A stretch of DNA of 64,000 bases from Planktothrix sp. GU0601_MAG3 (GTDB taxonomy: Bacteria > Cyanobacteriota > Cyanobacteriia > Cyanobacteriales > Microcoleaceae), in NCBI GenBank assembly GCA_035193785.1, contig CP136572.1, positions 4,020,578 through 4,084,577 on the forward strand. Reading direction: 5' to 3'. Both the position numbers and the translations under genes were made by a program. Below, one piece after another: positions 56,798 to 64,000 of the stretch. Below the pieces are notes generated by a model. The model made no database searches. It saw nothing but the letters and a program-made list of their open reading frames with translations, and was not told where the DNA came from. Numbering within the stretch: the first letter of the stretch is position 1; the number at the start of each line of letters is the position of its first letter.

Positions 56798-58375
56798 TTA
56801 GAGGACTGAGGGGCTGAGGCTCTCTACTTCAGGGGTTGCTAAGGAGTGAAGATCCATCTGTTGATTAATCCGTGCTTTGGCCAAGGCGCGATATTCCCAG
56901 AAATGTTCCCCGGCCACACATAGCCCCAGATACAGATTCAGCAGTTGGGGTTTTTTCCGCAGGATGATCCACAGTTGATTCCAAAACTGTCCCCGAAGCT
57001 CAGGTCGCCGTATTCCCTGATGCCAGATGACCTGGGCCACCAACCTTAACCCTTTACCCAGGGGAAACTGCATAGTTTGTTTTTTGGTTGGGGAGCAGTT
57101 AATTTTGAGGCATTGTTGCAAACAGCGACGCAGATAATTTTCCGGCTCGTATAACGTCCAAAACCCTTCGACATACTCCCGGGCGATATCGGCTATGGGG
57201 CGAGTGGGGGTAAAATTCATCAGGGTGTTTTGGTCGCCGGTGGGATGTCCATTTCCCGCCATTAAGCGTTTTTCCTGTTTGAGCCGATCCCAAAGAGCCG
57301 TATTGGGGAGAGCTTGAAGAATACCCAGCATCGGTTGCGGAATACTGGTTTCTTCAATAAAAGCCTGAATCCGATCGCCCGCCCCCGCCTTCTCTCCATC
57401 AAAACCCAGGATAAACCCGGCATAAATCAGTAGCCCCGCCTGGTTGATTTTACTACAGGCTTCTACGAGGGGACTACGGGTATTTTGCTGTTTGCGGGTG
57501 AATTTTAGGCTATCTTGGTCGGGGGTTTCAATTCCTAGGAAAACCGCATAAAAACCCGCTTCCCCCATCAGTTGCAGAAGTTCATCATCTTCGGCCAGAT
57601 TCACCGAGGCTTCGGTCATAAAGGTGAAGGGGTGGTTATGTTGCTCCATCCAGGGAATTAACTCCCGGAGAAAGGATTTAACGTTCTTCTGATTACCAAT
57701 AAAGTTATCATCTACAATAAGCAGGGAACCGCGCCAACCGAGATCATAGAGGGCTTGTAACTCCGCTAGGGCTTGATGTGGTTCTTTGGTGCGGGGTTTG
57801 CGCCCATAAAGGGAAATAATGTCGCAGAATTCGCAGTTGAAGGGACAGCCCCGGGAAAACTGCATCGCCATCATCAAGTAACTATCCCGGTGCAGTAGGT
57901 CAAAACGGGGGATGGGACTTTGGCTGACATCGGGCTTTTCCATCGAGCGAAAGATCCCCTGGGTTTGGCCTTGACTCAGGGCTTCCAGGAATAGGGGAAT
58001 GGTCATTTCCCCTTCATCGAGAATCAGGAAATTAGCCCCGGCGTCCAGGGCATCCTGGGGGACGGAGGTGGGATAGGGGCCACCCACGGCGACGGTTTTA
58101 CCCAGGCGCACCGCTTTTTGAATTAAGGCTTGAAAGTCGGGTTTCTGCACTAGCATGGCAGAAAGAATCACCAGATCGCACCAGTCCCAGTCAGCCTGGG
58201 TTTCACAGGCGACATTGCGATCGCGAAATCTCATCTCCCAGTCTTGCGGTAGTAGGGCTGCTACTGTAATAATTCCTAACGGTGGAATCGCTGCTTTTAA
58301 ACCAGCAATTTCCATGAAGCGATCATAAGACCAAAAAGATTGGGGAAATTGGGGATAGATCAGCAATACTTTCAT
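56798..58375 (-). CDS. B12-binding radical SAM protein (DUF4070-type)
   Basis: PPLGI, VGGPYPT, SRGCPFNCEFC, VDDNFIG, GFILGFD. Confidence 0.92.
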   Translation of the reverse strand: MKVLLIYPQFPQSFWSYDRFMEIAGLKAAIPPLGIITVAALLPQDWEMRFRDRNVACETQADWDWCDLVILSAMLVQKPDFQALIQKAVRLGKTVAVGGPYPTSVPQDALDAGANFLILDEGEMTIPLFLEALSQGQTQGIFRSMEKPDVSQSPIPRFDLLHRDSYLMMAMQFSRGCPFNCEFCDIISLYGRKPRTKEPHQALAELQALYDLGWRGSLLIVDDNFIGNQKNVKSFLRELIPWMEQHNHPFTFMTEASVNLAEDDELLQLMGEAGFYAVFLGIETPDQDSLKFTRKQQNTRSPLVEACSKINQAGLLIYAGFILGFDGEKAGAGDRIQAFIEETSIPQPMLGILQALPNTALWDRLKQEKRLMAGNGHPTGDQNTLMNFTPTRPIADIAREYVEGFWTLYEPENYLRRCLQQCLKINCSPTKKQTMQFPLGKGLRLVAQVIWHQGIRRPELRGQFWNQLWIILRKKPQLLNLYLGLCVAGEHFWEYRALAKARINQQMDLHSLATPEVESLSPSVL

Positions 58376-58517
58376 GGATTTTTAGTTCCTAATTTTAGTG
58401 ACTTTAGGTGAAATCGGCTTAATTTTTATCTATCTTAAGTATGATTATTTGATCGAATCACCAAAATTTAATTTCTGTTAATCTAATCCAAACTAAATTT
58501 TTTTCCTAATGTCAAGA

Positions 58518-59631
58518 ATGTCAAGACCTACTGTATATTTAGCGATTACTGATCATGGCTTTGGTCATGCGGTTAGAAACCTCGGCGGTTGCCAATGAAA
58601 TTCAAAGGCGTTTTCCTGATGTGTTATTAATTCTAGTCACAACGGCCCCCCGATGGTTATTAGAATCTTATTTGGATGGGGATTTTATTATCCGTCCCCG
58701 AGGCTTTGATGTGGGGGTAGTACAGTCCGATAGTTTGACTATGGATACAGCAGACACCATGGAAAAATGGCAAACAATCCGTCAACAGCAACGGGCAATT
58801 ATTGCTGGGGAAGTAAATTTTATTAAACAAAATAAAGTTGATTTAATCTTAGCTGATATTTCTCCCCTGGCTACGGAAATTGCTAAGGCTGCCGGGATTC
58901 CCTGTTGGATGATGGGTAATTTTGGCTGGGATTTTATCTATCGAGATTGGGGACAAGATTTTATCGAGTTAGCGGATTGGATTTCCGGTTGTTTTAGTCA
59001 ATGCGATCGCCTATTTCGGCTTCCTCTCCACGAACCGATGACGGCTTTTCCCCAGCAAATTGATGTCGGTTTAACCGGAGGAAATCCTCGGTTTGATTTA
59101 GATTATCTGAGAAAAACATTAGGGATTAAAACCCCACCGGAAAAAACCATATTATTAACCTTTGGGGGGCTAGGATTATCAGCGATTCCCCATCATAATA
59201 TTGAACGGTTATCTGATCATACGTTTATTACCTTTGATCAACATTTACCCTCATTTCCGAATTTAATTCAAGTTAGTAATTCTTTAAAATTGCCCGATCA
59301 CAATTCCCGTCCATTCCATGTGCGTCCGGTGGATTTAATGCCCCTATGTAGTCAGGTAGTTTCTAAACCCGGTTACAGTACCTTTGCGGAGGCATTACGG
59401 TTAGATATTCCCATTGTTTCTTTAACCCGAGATGGATTTGCCGAAGCTGCCATTTTATTAGAATGGTTACAAAATTATGGGGATCATCAGATTATTACAA
59501 CGACGGAATTTTTTCAACAGGATTGGACTTTTCTACACCAATCTTTTATCAAACCTCGTTTATCTGAAACCTTAGATAAAAATGGGAATGAAGCGATCGC
59601 TCAAGCTGTGATTGACTATCTTGTTGATTAA
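58518..59631 (+). CDS. GT-B fold glycosyltransferase; apparent frameshift at ~58578
   Basis: MSRPTVYLAITDHGFGHAVR joins the 58555 ORF; VSKPGYSTFAEA. Confidence 0.85.
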
Positions 59632-59687
59632 CTTTAAGATAATTTTAATGGGGATATAGCCCTAAAGGGCTTACTACGGGGGGAATT

Positions 59688-60105
59688 ATGGCGCATTATC
59701 AAGAAATTTTGGAAGTACAAACCAGTGGAAAATCCTTTTCTACAATTACGGCTTATGTTCAGGAAGTGGTTAAAAATTCTGGGATAAAAATGGGAATTTG
59801 CCATCTATTTTTACGTCATACTTCCGCCAGTTTAATCATTCAAGAAAACGCCGATCCCGATGTTCTCAGGGATTTAGAGAACTTTTTATCTAAGTTAGTT
59901 CCCGAAGGCAATTATTATATCCATGATGCCGAAGGGCCCGATGATATGCCCGCCCATGTTCGTACTATTCTGACCCATACCTCTGAACAAATTCCGATTT
60001 CCCAGGGACGGTTACTATTAGGAAACCTGGCAAGGAATCTATCTCTGGGAACATCGACGTCATCGTCATACTCGGGAATTAGTCGTACATATTATGGGGG
60101 ACTAA
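59688..60105 (+). CDS. YjbQ/UPF0047 family protein; apparent frameshift at ~60024
   Basis: HTSASLIIQENADPDV, HDAEGPDDMPAH, restored LLLGTWQGIYLWEHR. Confidence 0.92.
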
Positions 60106-60113
60106 GACCGATT

Positions 60114-60908
60114 TTAGGGGGATTCGGCTGGTGTGGAAAGGGACTCTAAATAGTGCAGAAAATCCAATAACTCATTATCGGTTAAATGCTGGCGAGAGCG
60201 TTTCCCATAGGTTTTTTGTAAATGGGCGCGACCCTCTTCCTGCGTCCACCGTAATCGTTTTAATTCAATATCCGTTTTAGCAATATCCGAGGAAAAATCC
60301 GTGGTTTCTAAAGAACGACCCAAACCCGCCGAGGCTTGACTAAATTCGGGTTCATCAGGATAGGTGGGGACACCTTCGGGACTTGCGGGAACCGGAGGTA
60401 GGGAAGCACTACGTCCTTTCGCACCCTTAGCGGGGGAAGATTTGCTCTCCGTCTCCCCGTCCGTGGTCTTGTCGGTTTTGGGCTGAATATAGGTGGCTGA
60501 TAACCAATCATCGGAGGTGAGAGACCCGGAGGGAATTCCCCCAGTATCTTGATGGGGGATCAAAGATGGGGCGAGGGGGGGCGGACTTTCCGGGGCGGGG
60601 GGGACTGCGGGCACAGAAACAGCCCTGGAAACCTCCGGTTTGAGTTCCAGGGGTGTTGGTTTTAAAGGTTCCCTGGGGGTGGAAGCTTGGGGTCGGATGC
60701 TATCGAGATCTAGGGATTGAATCGCCCGTTTTTTGGCCTGATCTTCTGCTAATTCAACGGTATCAGCCGCGGCTAATCCCGTGGTTAGGATCACCCCATC
60801 GACTTCGACCACCGCCCGCACCACATATTTTCCTTGATAAATAGTGAGTAACTCAGAAATTAAACTTCCCGTCGGATAACGCGATCGCAATTGAGCCAAC
60901 ATAATCAA
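60114..60908 (-). CDS. Conserved cyanobacterial hypothetical protein (two domains, Pro-rich linker)
   Basis: 264 aa ORF; YPTGSLISEL N-domain and YGKRSRQHLTDNEL C-domain. Confidence 0.75.
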   Translation of the reverse strand: MIMLAQLRSRYPTGSLISELLTIYQGKYVVRAVVEVDGVILTTGLAAADTVELAEDQAKKRAIQSLDLDSIRPQASTPREPLKPTPLELKPEVSRAVSVPAVPPAPESPPPLAPSLIPHQDTGGIPSGSLTSDDWLSATYIQPKTDKTTDGETESKSSPAKGAKGRSASLPPVPASPEGVPTYPDEPEFSQASAGLGRSLETTDFSSDIAKTDIELKRLRWTQEEGRAHLQKTYGKRSRQHLTDNELLDFLHYLESLSTPAESP

Positions 60909-61334
60909 TAATTCCTAAACAAACTACGATATACTTAAAGATTAGTCATTCACGAAGCTAAACGTCACAAATTCTATACCCTATCTCACAAGCACCAAGG
61001 GAATTAACATTGGGTGCTATTCCACAAGCTCGAAGTTAGCATTGCCCAAGGGAATAGATACTAGGGTCTGCTCTGGTTTGCCTTTAGCCGACCTATCTAA
61101 CGGACGGCTTCTGTGTATCCGTGGATTGTAACACTGTCCTTCTGGGGTTGGTACAATCGGCCCGGGAGAAGTTCCCCCCAGGTGTTTTAAAGATGGGGTT
61201 CTGGGGATTGGGTGTTCGGTGTCCGATGTGTGGGAAGCAGAAATCACTTCTTTGCTCAACCTTCACCCATTTAACACTAAATACCCATCCCTAACACCCG
61301 AAACCCGATTCTGACAAAGAGGATTAATCGCTAC

Positions 61335-63630
61335 ATGGAATTTTCAATCGCTGCACTGTTAGCCTATTTTTCCGATGATAAATTAGTCACCCCCAAGGCT
61401 TTAGAGAAAAAACTCGCCCCCGACGAGGAAAGTCTCCGAAGGTTTCAAATTGCTTTGGATGCTTTGGAACGAATTGGGATTCTGGAAAAAGATAAAGGTC
61501 GTTATCGCCGGGTTTCCCGAGGAAGGAATTGTGGAAGCCAAACTACGATGTTCCAGTAAAGGCTTCTGTTTTGCCATTCAAGATGCGGAAGGCGCCGAAG
61601 ATGTTTATATTCGCGAAAGTCATCTGAGTACCGCTTGGAATGGCGATCGGGTTTTAGTTAGAATCATTAAAGAAGGCAGTCGTCGCCGTTCTCCCGAAGG
61701 GGAAGTTTATGTGATTTTAGAACGGGCTAATCCTTCAGTTTTAGCCAGAATTAAACAATCAAAAACTGGCTATCGGGCGGTTCCTTTAGATGATCGGTTG
61801 TTATTTGAATTAGATTTAATTAATGACCCTTCTGAACTAGCCGGGGCGGTGGATCATTTAGTTCATGTCGAAGTCCTGCGTTATCCCATTGGTGTCCATC
61901 GTCCCCTCGGTCACGTTGTCCAAATTCTCGGTTCCGATGCTGAAGATGCCGATGATTTAGATATTGTTTGTTGTAAACACGATTTACCCCGCAAATGGCC
62001 CGCCGGAGTGTTACGCGAAGCCGAGGCAATTGACCGTAACTTGAAAAAAAGTGATTTAAAAAATCGGGCTGATATTCGCAATGTTCTAACTATTAGTTTT
62101 CAACCGGATTTAGGTAATCCTGAATTTTCGGTTTTAGAAGATGAAGAACGAGCCGGGCGCCTCCCCTGCATCGATCATGCTTTTAGTATTGAACAAACTA
62201 AATCCGATCTTTGGCAATTAGGGATTCATTTAGCCGATGCTGCCCACTATATTCTCCCCGATAGTGATCTCGACCGAGAAGCCCGCAAACGGGGGACGGC
62301 GATTTATTTAGCGGATAAATTGATTCCGATTTATCCCGAAACCATTTCTTGCGATCGCTTGGCCCTAGTTCCCGACGAAGAACGATTGGCCCTATCAATT
62401 ATGATCACCTTAGATATGGCTGGACGGGTCATAGAATACGAGATCCAACCTAGTGTGATCCGGGTAGATCGTCAACTCACCTTTGACCAAACCCAAGCTA
62501 TTCTCGATGGTGAACCCTCCCCCTTTGCTAATGTCCTAGAAAACCTACTGGAACTCAGTCGGGCGGTGCGCCAAATTCGCCTAGAAAGGGGCAGTTTTGA
62601 ACTCAATTTACCCGATACCCATTGCCACTTTAATGATGAAGGAGAACTCGGGCCAATTGTGCTATCTTCTTTATCTCCAGCCCGGTCGATGATTTCTGAG
62701 TTGGTGGTATTGGCTAATCAAATTGTTGGTAGTCATTTAAACACCTTGGGTGTTCCTGCTATTTACCGCGTCCAACCGCCCCCAGAAGCTTCTGATGTCT
62801 CGGAGTTAGCCAAATTAGCAACTCATTTAGGGACGGAATTATTTTTGGAGGAAGATGAGGAAGTAGAACCCGGTACGTTCCAACAATTTACGGAGGAATT
62901 GGCAAATAGTCGGGCGGAACGGGTTTTGAGTTATTTATTAGAAGAAACCCTCAAACCGGCGGTTTATAGTACCACCGCTAAACTTCATTTTGGCTTGGCC
63001 CTTCCCTGTTATACCCATTGCACTTCCCCCCTGTCTCGCTATTGCGATTTACAGATTTTGCGGGTACTGAAAAGCGTGTTTGAGGAAGGACGCGATCGCC
63101 GTTCTACCCGGGCTAAGGAACGGGTGGATTTGGGCCATTCTTCCTGTCATGGGAAAATTACCTGGAATGTACTCCCCCCGGAAATTCAGCATGAGTTGGA
63201 AAGTCAGTTTAACCAGTTAGTCATTCATCTGAGTGAACGGGAAAGCGTGGCGGTGGATGCGGAGGAAGATTTAGAGGGACTCAAGAAAACCGGGTTTATG
63301 AAGGAACGCACGGGCCAAAACTTCATTGGCTTAATTACCGGGGTTCAGTCCTATGGGTTCTTTGTGGAAATTGAGGTAAAGTCCCCCGGCGGCACGGTTT
63401 TACGGGTGGAAGGACTGGTTCATGTTTCCTCCCTCAAGGATGACTGGTATGAATACCGTTCTCGTCAACAAACCCTAGTCGGTCGCAAAAATCGCAACCA
63501 ATACCGTCTCGGGGATAATGTCGAAGTCCAGGTAAAAAGTGTAGACTACTATCGTCAACAAATTGATTTAGTCGCGGTCGGCGGCGGTAGTGAAGCTTCA
63601 GAGGATAGCGACGAACCCTATTTTCCCTAA
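61335..63630 (+). CDS. rnr: Ribonuclease R/II family exoribonuclease; apparent frameshift at ~61514
   Basis: Cold-shock domains, RNB domain (HFGLALPCYTHCTSPLSRYCDL), C-terminal S1 (GVQSYGFFV..EGLVHVS). Confidence 0.9.
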
Positions 63631-63637
63631 ATCTTAA

Positions 63638-63731
63638 CGCGGATTTAAGAGGATTTCACGGATTTCACGGATTTTAATTTGTGTTAATCTGCGTAATCCT
63701 CTTAAATTCGTAATTCGTAATTCGTAATTCC
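63638..63731 (+). repeat. Dispersed hairpin repeat, copy 2, followed by an (ATTCGTA)n STRR
   Basis: 63640-63688 is the reverse complement of 15113-15161; heptamers at 63706-63731. Confidence 0.9.
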
Positions 63732-63735
63732 TAAA

Positions 63736-64000
63736 ATGTCTATTACACAATTAATTAGTTTACTGGTGCTTGTGGGAGGTTTAGCGATCTTTACGATCCA
63801 AAATCTATCCCCATCTTTATCTTTAATTTTTTTAGGTAATCAACTACCAAGTTTACCCCTTTCAATTTGGATTTTAATAGCGATCGCAATGGGAATATTA
63901 ACCTATTCCATTATTCATAATTTATTTCAAGTTACCCCTCAGAGGGTTAAACCTTTTTCTCCCTCTAAAACAGCTTCTGAACCCGTTACTAAAGCCCCCT
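63736..64000 (+). CDS. LapA/DUF1049-like membrane protein, partial (runs off the window)
   Basis: MSITQLISLLVLVGGLAIFTIQNLSPSLSLIFLG..LPLSIWILIAIAMG, open to the window end. Confidence 0.65.
   Translation, partial: MSITQLISLLVLVGGLAIFTIQNLSPSLSLIFLGNQLPSLPLSIWILIAIAMGILTYSIIHNLFQVTPQRVKPFSPSKTASEPVTKAP

Larger units (their letters stand above)
1753..63887. repeat. Dispersed HIP1 octamer GCGATCGC
   Basis: More than 30 copies counted by eye, e.g. 1753, 2463, 2878, 3628, 4525, 5348, 63880; typical cyanobacterial over-representation. Confidence 0.95.

Noticed and set aside
56798..58375. hpnP (hopanoid C-2 methylase) assignment
   Set aside because: The B12 radical SAM/DUF4070 family has several paralogues; it cannot be assigned without phylogeny.
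61017..61259. 80 aa ORF and possible structure in the rnr upstream region
   Set aside because: No motif in the ORF; the GGGTGTT/AACACCC complementarity is short and repeat-like.
7634..62398. Numerous antisense or nested ORFs in the track (e.g. 9518..9853, 21486..21854, 32507..32761, 34365..34784)
   Set aside because: Shadow frames of well-supported genes.

Overview
Chromosomal window of a filamentous cyanobacterium, probably Oscillatoriales/Planktothrix-like (inferred from AT-rich DNA, more than 30 HIP1 GCGATCGC sites and heptamer STRR repeats). It holds housekeeping genes (aspS, asnS, topA, cobN, rnr, apt, riboflavin synthase, NAD kinase, alpha-amylase), several signalling genes, and many small palindromic, MITE-like and tandem repeats. 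The strongest hidden signal: all 28 reading-frame breaks I could reconstruct are an extra A or T in the same 4-mer (GAAC->GAAAC, GTTC->GTTTC), including in essential genes. They are almost certainly motif-specific base-calling errors. The motif matches the GAAC/GTTC target of Dnd DNA phosphorothioation, so the assembly may be recording a partial DNA modification. Other highlights: an intein-containing rtcB broken head-on against a truncated DUF3598 gene, preceded by a 6 x 45-bp array and an operator-bearing promoter; a SiaBCD/slr1657-1659-like kinase-STAS-diguanylate cyclase module behind a Cache-HAMP-PAS adenylate cyclase with a structured upstream leader; a scrambled hicAB relic; and REP-like palindromes sitting in frame inside topA and a hybrid kinase. 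No rRNA, tRNA, CRISPR array or intact transposase was recognised. Family names come from recognised motifs, not from database searches.
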